DNA of 64,000 nucleotides. Source: an uncultured Syntrophomonas sp. Its GTDB lineage: Bacteria; Bacillota; Syntrophomonadia; Syntrophomonadales; Syntrophomonadaceae. The stretch is taken from assembly GCA_964457945.1 (NCBI GenBank), contig CAYWFX010000003.1, forward strand, positions 99,642 to 163,641, in the 5' to 3' direction. The position numbers and the translations under genes were made by a program. Shown here piece after piece: positions 37,802-48,558 of this stretch. The stretch's first letter is position 1. Each line of letters starts with the position of its first letter. Below the pieces are notes generated by a model that was given only the letters and a program-made list of their open reading frames with translations, made no database searches and was not told where the DNA came from.

Positions 37802-40800
37802 TTAAGTGGATATAATTTGAGGTACATGTAACTTGGGCAAAAGAAGGCCAGGATGAGGCTCGCTCGTGGCTTGAATATTTTTAAAAGCCACTGATAGCAT
37901 CAGTTTCAGGCGATTGAGCTGATTGACTTCACTGGCACCGGGATCATAGTCGATGGCAGTGATGTTCGCTTGTGGATAATTCCTTTTTAATTCTTTTATC
38001 ATCCCTTTGCCGGTCACATGATTGGGAAGGCAGCCAAAAGGTTGCACACAGACGATATTGGGAACCCCGCTATGAATCAGGTCTATCATCTCTGCAGTTA
38101 ATAACCATCCCTCCCCGCAGTGGTGTCCCAGTGACATGATCTGGTTGGCGAGATTGGCCTTATGGTAGATCGAAGCAGGTGCATGAAAGCGATGACTTTG
38201 TTCCAGGAGCGCATTCATGAGCTTACGACTGTTCTCAAGGTAGTAAATAAAAAACTTCCCGAGTAATAAAGCACTCTTTTTTCCAGATAGATACTTAGCA
38301 TCGAATACATAGTCATAGGCACAATAAAGGAAGAAATCCATCAGATCTGGCAGTACCACTTCGACCCCTTCCTCTTCCAAGATTCTCACGATATTGTTGT
38401 TGGCAGCCGGATGGTATTTAACCAATATTTCTCCTACCACACCCACCCGAGGTTTTTTTACTGTTGATATGGCTAGATTATTAAACTCTTTTACAATTCC
38501 CCGCAGGTTGTCTTCAAATTCCTGTTTGTTTCCAGTGACAAGCTGCACCTTGCAACGCTCTACCCATCTCTGATAGAGCAAGTCGGCTGATCCTGGAATT
38601 TTTTCATAGGGCCTTACACGATGTAAAACGCGCATCAATAGATCGCCATAAACAACTGCACTAATCGCTTTTTTAATGAGCTTGAGAGTGATTCTAAAGC
38701 CGGGATTTTTTTCTGCGCCATAAATGTTGGCAGATAAAACTGGTATGTTTTCAAAGTCAGCCTCTTTTAGTGCTTTTCTGAGAAGGCCGATATAGTTCGT
38801 GGCTCGACACCCACCACCGGTCTGACTAATGACAACCGAGGTGTTGTTGAGGTCATATTTGCCTGATTGCAGGGCGTTAAGTAGCTGCCCAATAACAATT
38901 ATGGCTGGATAGCAGGCATCATTGTTCACATATTTGACGCCTTCATCCATAGCCTGTTTGTCCACCGAAGGCAGTAGTTCTATATGGTAGCCATCGCTCT
39001 TAAATACTTCCTCTAAAAATTCAAAATGCATCGGGGACATCTGGGGAAACAAAATGGTATGCTTCTCCTTCATATCTTTGGTAAACACGATTTTCTTCTG
39101 TGCACAAGGTACATTCTCAGTTTTCAGAGGATTTCCCTTTCTCCCACTGATGACTGCCAAAAGAGAGCGGAGCCTGATTTTGGCTGCGCCAAGATTGCTG
39201 CCTTCATCTATTTTAAGGACGGTGTAAACCTTGCCCCTGGCCTTGAGAATTTCTTGCACCTGGTCGCTGTTTATTGCGTCTAGGCCACAGCCAAAGGAAT
39301 TCAACTGGACCAGCTCTAAATTGGATTGGGTGCTCACAAAGCTGGCCGCCGCATAGAGTCGTGACTGATACATCCATTGGTCAATGACTCGGATGGGTCG
39401 CAGGACGGCCCCCAGGTGAGCCACTGCATCTTCTGTGAGAACCGCCATCCCTAGGGAATTTATCATCTCTGGTATGCCATGATTGATTTCTGGGTCGATG
39501 TGGTAAGGACGCCCGGCCAGCACAATGCCTTGTTTTCCGGTTTCTTCAAGATAAGCTAGTACTTCTTCACCTTTCTGCCGAATCTCATCTTTGAAGTCAA
39601 GATCTTCCTGCCAGGCCCTATTGACAGCCCGAGCGATTTCTTTTTTCGAAATCCCCTGACTTAGCTCTTGATGAAGTCTAATGATTAGCTGCTTCTTATT
39701 ATCGTAAGGCAGAAAGGGGGTCATCAATTTCACATTGTTCTCCCTTATCATGTCCAGATTGTTCTTAATGACCTCGGGATAGGAAGTAACCATCGGACAA
39801 TTATAATGGTGATCCGCCTTTTTCTGCTCCAAACGCTCATAAATGATGGAAGGATAGAAAATCTGCTTTACACCTTGGTTGATCAGAGAGGCAATATGCC
39901 CATGTACCAATTTGGCAGGAAAACAGGCCGTATCTGAAGGGATGGTCTCAATACCCAGGTCATAAAGCGACCGCGAAGAACGGGGGGAAATTTCCACCCT
40001 AAAGCCCAGCTCTGTAAAAAAGGTAAACCAAAAAGGATAATTTTCATACATGTTTAGAACCATTGGAATGCCAATGACGCCCCTTATGGCGTCTTTCTCA
40101 GGCAAAGGTTCATAAGCAAGGAGTCGTTTATACTTGTAAGCATAGAGATTTGGATTAGACTGCTCTTTACTTTCTTTCGCAATGGTTTTTTCACAGCGAT
40201 TGCCAGATACGAATCTCCCACCATCCTGAAACTTATTGATGATGAGTAAGCAAGCATTGCCGCAGCCCCCACAGCGATTTAAATTCGTTTGAATAGAAAA
40301 CTGGTCTATCTGTTCTTTTGATAGCAGTGAACTCGTTTGCCCTTTTTGGCTGCGATCCCGGGCAATGAGCGCTGCACCAAAGGCTCCCATCAAGGGCGCG
40401 ATATTGGGTCGAATTACTTCTCTTCCAGTGATAAGCTCCATACTTCGGAGGACCGCATCATTTTGAAAGGTCCCACCCTGAACCACAATCTTTTCGCCCA
40501 GATCATGAGGATTTCTTACCTTCATTACCTTAAACAAGGCATTCTTAATGACCGAGTAAGAAAGCCCGGCTGAGATATCGCCGACTGTAGCCCCTTCCGT
40601 TTGGGCCTGTTTTACCATGGAATTCATAAAGACGGTACAGCGGGAACCTAAATCGACTGGGTCTGATGCATTGAGTGCCAGCTCAGCAAAATCTTGCACC
40701 GATAGATTTAATGAATGGGCAAAGCCTTCGATAAAGGAACCACACCCGGATGAGCAAGCTTCATTGAGCATGATATTTTCTATGATGCCGCCCCTAATCT

Positions 40801-42082
40801 TGAGGCATTTCATGTCCTGACCGCCAATATCCAGGATTAAATCTACGCCGGGATCAAAAAACTGCGCGGCATTGTAGTGTGCCACCGTTTCCACTTCCCC
40901 TAAATCAACACGCAGAGCGGCTTTTAAGAGTCCTTCGCCATAGCCTGTAACGGCTGCATTGGCAATTCTGGCGTTAGCTGGCAGGCGAATGTACAGATCT
41001 TTTAGGATATTAATGCCAGAATTCAAGGGACCACCAGTATTATTGCCATAGTAAGAATAGAGGAGAGCTCCATTTTCATCAATCAAGACCGCCTTGGTCG
41101 TGGTTGAACCTGCATCTATACCCATAAAACAATCTCCTGCGAAGCAATCCAAATCCTTCTTACCGATCTGATGAAGCGCATGTCGCTTGCGAAACTGATC
41201 CAGCTCATCCGTATCCTTGAAGAGGGGCTGTAGTCGAGAGATCTCAGAACTGCCTTCTACATCCGCTAAGCGTTTTATAAGTCCATGTAAATGGATAAGC
41301 TTATCGTTGTTAGATGTTAACGCCGCACCCATTGCCACAAAGAACTGCGCCTGTTCCGGAAAGATGGCCTGCTTATCATTAATTTGCAGGGTATCCTTAA
41401 ACCTTTCCCGAAGTGCAGATAAGAAGTGCAGTGGGCCACCGAGAAAGGCGACATTACCTCTTATCGGTTTCCCGCCGGCTAGACCACTGATCGTTTGATT
41501 GACAACCGCTTGAAACACAGAAGCTGCAATGTCTTCTTTACGCGCACCTTCATTTAAAAGTACCTGAATATCAGTTTTGGCAAAAACACCACAGCGAGCT
41601 GCCACAGGATAGATGATGGAATACTGCCTGGCTAGTTCGTTTAAGCCATGAGCATCTGTCCCCAGCAGGGTTGCCATTTGATCGATAAAAGCCCCCGTTC
41701 CTCCTGCGCAGATCCCATTCATGCGTTGATCCAACCCGCCACGAAAAAAGGTAATCTTTGCATCTTCTCCTCCCAGCTCGATGGCTACATCGGTGTGAGG
41801 GATAAACCGATCAATCGTATTGTTACAGGCAATGACTTCCTGAATATGTTTAACACCCAACCATGAGGAGATAGCAATCCCCGCTGAACCGCTTACCATC
41901 GCTGTAAGGGGATGATTACCTATATGCCCAAATGCATTGATCAGCAGTTCAGTGGTGTGCCTTCTGGTTTCTGTGTGGTGCCGGCGATAGTTTTTGTAAA
42001 TAATTCTGCCATCATCGTCCATAATGACTAGTTTAACTGTGGTAGATCCCACATCTAGCCCCATGCGCAGTGCATCGATCAT
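37802..42082 (-). CDS. Giant fusion: two BcrAD/BadFG (HgdC-like) activase ATPase modules + HgdB/DUF2229-like C-terminal region
   Basis: 1426 aa. It has two actin-fold ATPase starts ([24 protein letters not shown]). The long C-terminal part is typical of 'CoA-substrate-specific enzyme activase' fusions. Confidence 0.8.
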   Translation of the reverse strand: MIDALRMGLDVGSTTVKLVIMDDDGRIIYKNYRRHHTETRRHTTELLINAFGHIGNHPLTAMVSGSAGIAISSWLGVKHIQEVIACNNTIDRFIPHTDVAIELGGEDAKITFFRGGLDQRMNGICAGGTGAFIDQMATLLGTDAHGLNELARQYSIIYPVAARCGVFAKTDIQVLLNEGARKEDIAASVFQAVVNQTISGLAGGKPIRGNVAFLGGPLHFLSALRERFKDTLQINDKQAIFPEQAQFFVAMGAALTSNNDKLIHLHGLIKRLADVEGSSEISRLQPLFKDTDELDQFRKRHALHQIGKKDLDCFAGDCFMGIDAGSTTTKAVLIDENGALLYSYYGNNTGGPLNSGINILKDLYIRLPANARIANAAVTGYGEGLLKAALRVDLGEVETVAHYNAAQFFDPGVDLILDIGGQDMKCLKIRGGIIENIMLNEACSSGCGSFIEGFAHSLNLSVQDFAELALNASDPVDLGSRCTVFMNSMVKQAQTEGATVGDISAGLSYSVIKNALFKVMKVRNPHDLGEKIVVQGGTFQNDAVLRSMELITGREVIRPNIAPLMGAFGAALIARDRSQKGQTSSLLSKEQIDQFSIQTNLNRCGGCGNACLLIINKFQDGGRFVSGNRCEKTIAKESKEQSNPNLYAYKYKRLLAYEPLPEKDAIRGVIGIPMVLNMYENYPFWFTFFTELGFRVEISPRSSRSLYDLGIETIPSDTACFPAKLVHGHIASLINQGVKQIFYPSIIYERLEQKKADHHYNCPMVTSYPEVIKNNLDMIRENNVKLMTPFLPYDNKKQLIIRLHQELSQGISKKEIARAVNRAWQEDLDFKDEIRQKGEEVLAYLEETGKQGIVLAGRPYHIDPEINHGIPEMINSLGMAVLTEDAVAHLGAVLRPIRVIDQWMYQSRLYAAASFVSTQSNLELVQLNSFGCGLDAINSDQVQEILKARGKVYTVLKIDEGSNLGAAKIRLRSLLAVISGRKGNPLKTENVPCAQKKIVFTKDMKEKHTILFPQMSPMHFEFLEEVFKSDGYHIELLPSVDKQAMDEGVKYVNNDACYPAIIVIGQLLNALQSGKYDLNNTSVVISQTGGGCRATNYIGLLRKALKEADFENIPVLSANIYGAEKNPGFRITLKLIKKAISAVVYGDLLMRVLHRVRPYEKIPGSADLLYQRWVERCKVQLVTGNKQEFEDNLRGIVKEFNNLAISTVKKPRVGVVGEILVKYHPAANNNIVRILEEEGVEVVLPDLMDFFLYCAYDYVFDAKYLSGKKSALLLGKFFIYYLENSRKLMNALLEQSHRFHAPASIYHKANLANQIMSLGHHCGEGWLLTAEMIDLIHSGVPNIVCVQPFGCLPNHVTGKGMIKELKRNYPQANITAIDYDPGASEVNQLNRLKLMLSVAFKNIQATSEPHPGLLLPKLHVPQIIST

Positions 42083-42188
42083 TCATACCCCTCCAACTTT
42101 TAATCATAGATTAAAACAATGTTTGAAATGATCATAGCTTTATGCTAAATTAAAAAGGAATTATTGTCAACGGTCGATTCTATAGTCA

Positions 42189-42240
42189 TTGAACAAGCAA
42201 AGTAAATGCTCTATAATCGTTTTAAACACCGTTTTAAACA
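42189..42240 (+). promoter_or_regulatory. Promoter (TTGAAC-17-TATAAT) followed by a tandem 12-bp repeat CGTTTTAAACA(C), candidate TetR operator
   Basis: -35 at 42189..42194 and -10 at 42212..42217. Repeats at 42218..42228 and 42230..42240, just before the TetR start codon. Confidence 0.5.
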
Positions 42241-42249
42241 TGGGGGGGT

Positions 42250-42864
42250 ATGGAAAAAGTGAAAAGCCAGCTTGAAAGCTGTTCAACCAAAGAAAGAATC
42301 ATTCAGGTTGCCATAGATATGATTGCAGAAGAAGGGTTTCAAAACATTACCATCAGAAAAATAGCTGCGCGGGCAAGCGTCAACGTAGCAGCTGTTAACT
42401 ATCATTTTGGCTCCAAAGATGCCTTAATCAACGAAGCATTAAGACATGTTACAGATCAGTTAAAAAACACATTTGAAGATTTTAAGACGGGGAACGAAGA
42501 CGAGGAGACGAAACTGTCCACATTTATTAAGAACTACCTTGACATCATGTTTGAATACCCAGATATCATCAAGAACATGATCAGCCATGCAATTCACGAC
42601 AAAGCGCTTGATGTGCATGTGGAGTACTTGGCCTTCATCCAGTACGAAGGGTTCGAATTGATAAAACAAACGATTCGGCAAAAAAGACCGGATCTAGATG
42701 ACTGTGTTCTTTCTTTAAAAACACTAAATTTAGTAAGTGGTTTATCCTTTCCTTTCTTAATGGGGGAGCATATTAAACATATTATGGAATTGGATTTACA
42801 CAATGAAGAGATACGACAAATGTACACGAAACTATTATTAGAGAATGTTTGTCGAAGGGATTAG
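42250..42864 (+). CDS. TetR-family transcriptional regulator
   Basis: N-terminal HTH (ITIRKIAARASVNVAAVNYHFGSKDAL). Divergent from the activase gene. Confidence 0.9.
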   Translation: MEKVKSQLESCSTKERIIQVAIDMIAEEGFQNITIRKIAARASVNVAAVNYHFGSKDALINEALRHVTDQLKNTFEDFKTGNEDEETKLSTFIKNYLDIMFEYPDIIKNMISHAIHDKALDVHVEYLAFIQYEGFELIKQTIRQKRPDLDDCVLSLKTLNLVSGLSFPFLMGEHIKHIMELDLHNEEIRQMYTKLLLENVCRRD

Positions 42865-42882
42865 CGGTTTCCGAGTAGGTTC

Positions 42883-44265
42883 TCAACCATTATAAGTAGC
42901 GGCTTTTTTATAATCGAGCAAGCTGTCGAGTAAAGCTTCCTCTATCAGCATTTTCTCCATAATTACTTCCTTGATTTTTTTCGAGTCATTCTTGCACTCG
43001 GTTACTATCTGCGCAGCTTTGTCGTATCCGATATAGGGTGTAAGCGCAGTTAGGATAACCAGTGACTGCTCCAGATGTTCCAGGCACTTGTCCCGATTGG
43101 CGGCAAGCGGTTCAATGCATCTTGTTCTGAACAAGGCAACCGCTTCTGTCAGCTGTGAAAGGCTTTCCAACAAACAATCGGCGATCAGCGGCATAAACGC
43201 GTTGAGTTCAAAGTTCCCGTTAGCTGCACTGAATGTGATTGCCGTGTCATTCGCCATTACTTTTATTGCTACCTGGGTCACCATTTCGGGTATGACGGGA
43301 TTCACCTTACCCGGCATAATGGTGCTTCCCATTTGTAATTCTTTAAGCGTTATTTCTCCGAAACCACCGCAGGGTCCTGAATTCATCAGTCGTAAGTCGG
43401 TAGATATTTTCATAAGATTCACAGCCAGTGCCTTAAGCAGTCCTGAAACCTCCACAAAAACATCATTATTTTGCGTAATATCCATCGGAAACTCCGCTCT
43501 GGCAATTCCTATGTCAGTGAGCTCTCTTAAAACCTCAATTACTTTGTAGCTATATTTACGGTTTATGTTACTGCCTGTTCCGACCGCCGTTCCGCCGAGA
43601 TTAACTTGACGCAGGCGTTCCTCAACCTTATAAATCCGCCAGCGGTCGCGTGCAATCGCCTGTGCATAAGCGCCGAATTCCTGCCCGAGCGTGATCGGCA
43701 TCGCATCCATGAGTTCGGTGCGCCCCAGCTTGTAAACATCTGCGAATTCGCTTTCTTTTTTTTGCAGTGATTCCTGCAGCTTTGCACATTCATCGCTTAA
43801 TAAGCGAACCATCTCGATGGCCGCAATGCGCAGAGCGGTTGGATATACATCGTTGGTTGACTGTCCTTTGTTAACATCGTCAAGCGGATGGATGACCGCA
43901 TACTCACCGCATTTTCTGCCCTGAGACAGCAGGGCAAGGTTGGCTATTACCTCATTGACATTCATATTAGTAGAAGTGCCGGCCCCACCCTGCAAAGCGT
44001 TGGTCACAAAAGCAGCGTCGGCTTTTCCGCTTAGAATGGTATCACATGCATCGATAATCGCTTCTGCTTTTTGGCTCTCAATAAGGTTCAGTTCACGATT
44101 GGCGATGGCAGCGGCCTTTTTTACCATGACTATCGCATATATTAGTTTTAAGCTGACACATTTGTCACCTACGGCAAAATTATCTACAGCTCTTTGGGTT
44201 TGTATGCCATATAATTTATCGTCAGAAAGTATGACCGTGCCGATTTTATCACTTTCAGTACGCAT
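42883..44265 (-). CDS. Aspartate ammonia-lyase/class-II fumarase family protein, last gene of the hyd maturation operon
   Basis: GSTIMPGKVNPV (GSSxMPxKxNP signature), TNDVYPTA, and SKIGR-like regions. Start at ATG 44265 with GGAGGA inside the hydF 3' end, 4 nt after the hydF stop. Confidence 0.85.
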   Translation of the reverse strand: MRTESDKIGTVILSDDKLYGIQTQRAVDNFAVGDKCVSLKLIYAIVMVKKAAAIANRELNLIESQKAEAIIDACDTILSGKADAAFVTNALQGGAGTSTNMNVNEVIANLALLSQGRKCGEYAVIHPLDDVNKGQSTNDVYPTALRIAAIEMVRLLSDECAKLQESLQKKESEFADVYKLGRTELMDAMPITLGQEFGAYAQAIARDRWRIYKVEERLRQVNLGGTAVGTGSNINRKYSYKVIEVLRELTDIGIARAEFPMDITQNNDVFVEVSGLLKALAVNLMKISTDLRLMNSGPCGGFGEITLKELQMGSTIMPGKVNPVIPEMVTQVAIKVMANDTAITFSAANGNFELNAFMPLIADCLLESLSQLTEAVALFRTRCIEPLAANRDKCLEHLEQSLVILTALTPYIGYDKAAQIVTECKNDSKKIKEVIMEKMLIEEALLDSLLDYKKAATYNG

Positions 44266-44269
44266 AGAA

Positions 44270-45475
44270 TCAATCCTCCAGAGACATCGCAATATACGGG
44301 AAAGGCTCTATGCTGCGCTTCAATATCCCCTGCATATAGGCGATAAGAATACCGTAATTAGTAATGGGAATATTTTGATCCTGCGCACATTGCTGTCTGT
44401 ATTTCATTTCCCGCTCGTTTAACATACAGCCGCCACAATGGACGATCAGTTTGTATTTCGACAGATCAACAGGAAACTCTGTGCCTGAGCTGAACTCAAA
44501 ATTCAACTGTTTACCGGTGTGCTGCTTTATCCAGCGAGGGACCTTGACTGTGCCTATATCATCGCACTGGCGGTGATGGGTGCACCCCTCCGAAATCAGA
44601 ACAGCGTCACCATCATCGAGATAATCAATTGCTTTGGCGCCCTTAACAGCCAGCTCCAGGTTACCCTTGTAGCGTGCAAACAGGATCGAAAAAGAAGTCA
44701 ACAGAATATCTCTGGGCGTGTCGGCAGAAACCTTGGCAAACACTTGACTATCAGTGATGACAAGCTTCGGCTTTTTACCCAGCGAATCCAGCGTTTGCCG
44801 AAGCTCATATTCTTTGACAACTATTGCGGTTGCGTCGGCCTCAAGAATATCCCGAATGGTTTGCTGCTGTGGAAGAATAAGTCTTCCTTTCGGCGCCGCC
44901 TTGTCGATCGGTACGACCAAGACCACAAAATCTGAAGGTTCAATAAGATCCGCAACTATACGGAGCTTTGATTCTTCGCTGACAGACAATTTTGCGATAC
45001 GTTCCTTCAGTTCATGGATGTGAAAGAGTGTTTTTGCACTCACCCATATTTCATGCTCCGATACAATATGGGTATCATTGCGCAAATCTGACTTGTTATA
45101 TGCAATAATGTAGTTTATATTCTTGCGCTTGAAGCTGTCGATCAACTCATCATCAATAATTGTTTTGCCGACTGTTCCGTCGATGACCAGAACTGCTACA
45201 TCAGTCTTATTTAATACCTGCAGGCTCCTTTTTACGCGCAAACTGCCAAGTTCACCCTCATCATCAATTCCTGGGGTGTCGATAATCATTACCGGACCAA
45301 GCGGCAGCAGCTCCATGGCCTTATATACAGGGTCGGTGGTAGTTCCCTTAACATCCGAAACGATTGCAATATTTTGACCAGTAACAGCATTGACAACGCT
45401 GGATTTCCCAGCATTTCGTTTACCAAAAAAAGCAATATGTACGCGATCGGATGATGGAGTGTTGTTTAAGCTCAT
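44270..45475 (-). CDS. hydF: [FeFe]-hydrogenase maturation GTPase HydF
   Basis: G1 GKRNAGKSS, G3 DTPG, G4 NKSD, and C-terminal cluster ligands CTHH..HCGGC. Confidence 0.9.
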   Translation of the reverse strand: MSLNNTPSSDRVHIAFFGKRNAGKSSVVNAVTGQNIAIVSDVKGTTTDPVYKAMELLPLGPVMIIDTPGIDDEGELGSLRVKRSLQVLNKTDVAVLVIDGTVGKTIIDDELIDSFKRKNINYIIAYNKSDLRNDTHIVSEHEIWVSAKTLFHIHELKERIAKLSVSEESKLRIVADLIEPSDFVVLVVPIDKAAPKGRLILPQQQTIRDILEADATAIVVKEYELRQTLDSLGKKPKLVITDSQVFAKVSADTPRDILLTSFSILFARYKGNLELAVKGAKAIDYLDDGDAVLISEGCTHHRQCDDIGTVKVPRWIKQHTGKQLNFEFSSGTEFPVDLSKYKLIVHCGGCMLNEREMKYRQQCAQDQNIPITNYGILIAYMQGILKRSIEPFPYIAMSLED

Positions 45476-45487
45476 GCCACACCTCCG

Positions 45488-46906
45488 TTAAAATCTGAAA
45501 TCACGGCTGCCCTGTTGGATTTGGGTTAGGTTTTTCAGCGCGATTTGTCTCACTTTTTCGCTGGGGATATTCTTCATCTCCGCTAAGATCAATTGTTCGC
45601 CGGCTTTTTTGGTCTCCTCGGATGCATAATCCTCAGTATATTCCTTTAAAGTCATGAGAGCATTTGGATGGCAGCAGTTTTGGATTTGTCCGCTCTTGCA
45701 AAGGCTCATAAACCGGTCTCCCGTCCTGCCCTCCCGGTAACAAGCAGTGCAAAAACTGGGAATGTACCCTAGTTCCATCAACCAAAGCACAATCTCATCC
45801 AACGTCCTAGTATCACTTACATCAAATTGTTCGGATTTCTCGTCCTCGGGTTCCGGCTCGGCATATCCGCCCACACTGGTTCTCGATCCTCCGCTGACTT
45901 GTGAAATACCAAGGTGCAAAACACGTTCACGGCATTTTTGACTTTCCCTGGTCGAGACGATCATCCCGGTATACGGAACTGAAATACGGATACAAGCCAC
46001 AAGTTTCGCAAAAATATCATCATCTATTCCGTTGTCAAACGCACTCGCATCGATATCATCTGCATGACGGATTCTCGGTACGCTGATTGTATGAGGACCA
46101 ACGCCGAACACTGCTTCAAGATGCTCGCCATGCATCAAAAGGGCTGCCATTTCGTAGCGGTACAGCTCCAAACCAAACAATACCCCCAGCCCTACATCCT
46201 CAATTCCGCCGAGCATAGCTCTGTCCATGGCTTCAGTGTGATAGGCGTAATTATGCTTGGGTCCGGTTGGATGCAGTTTCTCATAGCTTTCCTTATGATA
46301 GGTTTCCTGGAACAAGATATAGGTGCCGATCTCCGCATCCTTCAATTTTTTATAATTTTCCACGGTGGTTGCGGCTATATTGACATTAACACGGCGGATG
46401 GCACCGTTCTTGTGCTTGACGCTGTAGATGGTATTGATACATTCTAAAATATATTCGATCGGATTCATTATCGGATCTTCGCCTGCCTCGATCGCAAGGC
46501 GCTTATGACCCATATCCTGCAATGCGGCAACCTCGATACGAATCTCCTCCTGAGTCAGCTTTTTACGAGTGATATGCTTGTTTTTCAGGTGGTATGGGCA
46601 GTAAACACATCCATTTACACAGTAATTCGACAGATACAAGGGAGCGAACATTACGATGCGGTTGCCATAAAAATCTTTTTTTACCTGCTCGGCCAGCGTA
46701 TAGATCTCCTGATTTTTCTCCTCAATATCGCAATCAAGCAAAACGGCGGCTTCTCTGTGCGACAGACCTTTTCTCAGTTTGGCCTTTTCGATAATGCTAT
46801 CGATCAGTGCCAGATTACTTTTGTTTTTCTGTGCATACTCAAGGGTATCCATAACCTCTTCGTGTGAAATGAATTCTTCCGCTTTTGATGATTTGGGATC
46901 GTACAT
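45488..46906 (-). CDS. hydG: [FeFe]-hydrogenase maturase HydG (radical SAM tyrosine lyase)
   Basis: 472 aa. CVNGCVYCPY radical SAM motif and a C-terminal auxiliary-cluster region (FCTACYR...LC). Confidence 0.9.
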   Translation of the reverse strand: MYDPKSSKAEEFISHEEVMDTLEYAQKNKSNLALIDSIIEKAKLRKGLSHREAAVLLDCDIEEKNQEIYTLAEQVKKDFYGNRIVMFAPLYLSNYCVNGCVYCPYHLKNKHITRKKLTQEEIRIEVAALQDMGHKRLAIEAGEDPIMNPIEYILECINTIYSVKHKNGAIRRVNVNIAATTVENYKKLKDAEIGTYILFQETYHKESYEKLHPTGPKHNYAYHTEAMDRAMLGGIEDVGLGVLFGLELYRYEMAALLMHGEHLEAVFGVGPHTISVPRIRHADDIDASAFDNGIDDDIFAKLVACIRISVPYTGMIVSTRESQKCRERVLHLGISQVSGGSRTSVGGYAEPEPEDEKSEQFDVSDTRTLDEIVLWLMELGYIPSFCTACYREGRTGDRFMSLCKSGQIQNCCHPNALMTLKEYTEDYASEETKKAGEQLILAEMKNIPSEKVRQIALKNLTQIQQGSRDFRF

Positions 46907-46973
46907 ATTTTATTCTCCTTTCTTAATCGGGTCAGGACATGAGACCTTTCCCTTCAGCTAGGTTTTTTTGCCG

Positions 46974-48029
46974 CTAAACGACAGATTTATAGTCTCCGCG
47001 GTCGACTTTTATGCTATAACCGATTTCTTCCATACGGTGCTGCATACAATACCGGCATTCAGCGGCTTCGTCTCCCGTGCAGATTTTGTTGTCATAGAGC
47101 AAATATTTGTTGCGAACATCTGTCGGAGAAAGATTTGGCATTACCACATTTGCTCCAGCGAGGATACCCAGTTCCCTCCCTTTAGGATGTATTGTTCCGA
47201 GTGCAGTTGTCGATGGCATAAGCACATTCGGCAACATCAGCCGTATTAACCCTAGCATGAACAGTGTCATCTCAAGTGTACCGGCGGGTTCTGTTGCAAA
47301 CGGCGTATCGCGATGCGGAATAAAAGGCCCGACACCAACCATCTGAGGCTGAAGGTCGTTGATGAATAACATATCCTCTGCAAGATATTCTGCAGTTTGA
47401 TACGGTGAACCGACCATAAAGCCGCATCCAACCTGAAACCCTATTTTCTTCAGGTTATATAAGCATTGTTTTCGGTTCGACAGCGACATCGACAGTGGAT
47501 GCAACTTTTTATAATGCTCATCATTAGCTGTTTCGTGACGGAGTAAATAGCGGTCGGCGCCGGCTTTATGATAAGCTTCATAGCTTGTATAGCTTTTTTC
47601 ACCGATCGACAGAGTCAGGGCACAATCAGAATGCTGGCTTTTAATGGTCTTAATCATGTCGCATATACGATCGTCGGTAAAATACGCGTCCTCTCCACCC
47701 TGAAGTACAAATGTGCGAAAACCCAGATCATATCCTGTTTTACAGCAATCTAGCACCTGTTCCTTGGTCAGTCGGTATCGTTCGGCATTCTGATTGCTTT
47801 TCCGTATCCCGCAGTAGAGGCAGTCTTTTTTGCAGAAATTTGTAAATTCGATAAGACCGCGGATATAAATATCGCTTTCGTAATGCTTGTTGCGAATGGC
47901 AACAGCCTTTTCAAACAGATATTTGTCCAGTTCTGGATTTCTGTTGGAGATTAGAGCTACAAATTCCTCATTGGTTAGATTACGTTTTTTCTCCAGTTTG
48001 TCAATCAGTGCTTTCATTATTGTCATCAC
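46974..48029 (-). CDS. hydE: [FeFe]-hydrogenase maturase HydE (radical SAM, BioB-like)
   Basis: 351 aa. CKKDCLYCGIR motif, with a BioB-like fold pattern (LQGGED, ETANDEHY). Confidence 0.9.
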   Translation of the reverse strand: MMTIMKALIDKLEKKRNLTNEEFVALISNRNPELDKYLFEKAVAIRNKHYESDIYIRGLIEFTNFCKKDCLYCGIRKSNQNAERYRLTKEQVLDCCKTGYDLGFRTFVLQGGEDAYFTDDRICDMIKTIKSQHSDCALTLSIGEKSYTSYEAYHKAGADRYLLRHETANDEHYKKLHPLSMSLSNRKQCLYNLKKIGFQVGCGFMVGSPYQTAEYLAEDMLFINDLQPQMVGVGPFIPHRDTPFATEPAGTLEMTLFMLGLIRLMLPNVLMPSTTALGTIHPKGRELGILAGANVVMPNLSPTDVRNKYLLYDNKICTGDEAAECRYCMQHRMEEIGYSIKVDRGDYKSVV

Positions 48030-48285
48030 CGCTTTTTAAAGAATATTTTGAATATACTACCTTGGAGCTTACCCCCGGCAGCATACCGAGTTTGCCCGAC
48101 AGCGTACTGATGATATTGGCCGGTGCATCCACGGCAATGCTAATGATACTGATTTGCTTCTTGTGGTAGGGAATACCCATTCTGCCTATGATATAGCTCC
48201 CGAATTGGTGGAGAATACTGTTCAGCTTTTCCACCGACTTAACATCTTCGACGACGATTCCAATCAGTGCCACTCTTGTTTCCAT
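48001..48285 (-). CDS. TM1266-like small ACT-fold protein ('iron-only hydrogenase system regulator')
   Basis: The sequence from ATG 48285 (METRVALIGIVVEDVKSVEKLNSILHQFGSYIIGRMGIPY..) matches my recollection of the TM1266 family. It overlaps the hydE start. Confidence 0.7.
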   Translation of the reverse strand: METRVALIGIVVEDVKSVEKLNSILHQFGSYIIGRMGIPYHKKQISIISIAVDAPANIISTLSGKLGMLPGVSSKVVYSKYSLKSGDDNNESTD

Positions 48286-48301
48286 TACTATCACCTCTTT
48301 T

Positions 48302-48332
48302 ATAAAATAGAAAATGCGCCCTGCAAGGCGCA
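48302..48332 (-). terminator. Leader terminator/attenuator hairpin just upstream of the hyd operon start codon
   Basis: The minus strand reads UGCGCC-uugcag-GGCGCA followed by UUUUCUAUUUU, about 25 nt before the SD/ATG of the first hyd-operon gene. Confidence 0.45.
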
Positions 48333-48558
48333 CAAAAATACACGAACTATTTTTTGCCCTTCCACCTCAGATAACATCTTCGTGTGTCAGATAAAATACC
48401 AGCGCTTGGTCAAAAGATCGAATCTCATAACTCAGCGGCCTCAGCCCAACAAAAACAAGTGGACCATTTCTTTGAAATAAATAATATCACATGTTTGTGA
48501 ATAAAGAAACAAGATTATAAATCGGATTATAAAAATGGCGAAGATAAGGTACAATAAA

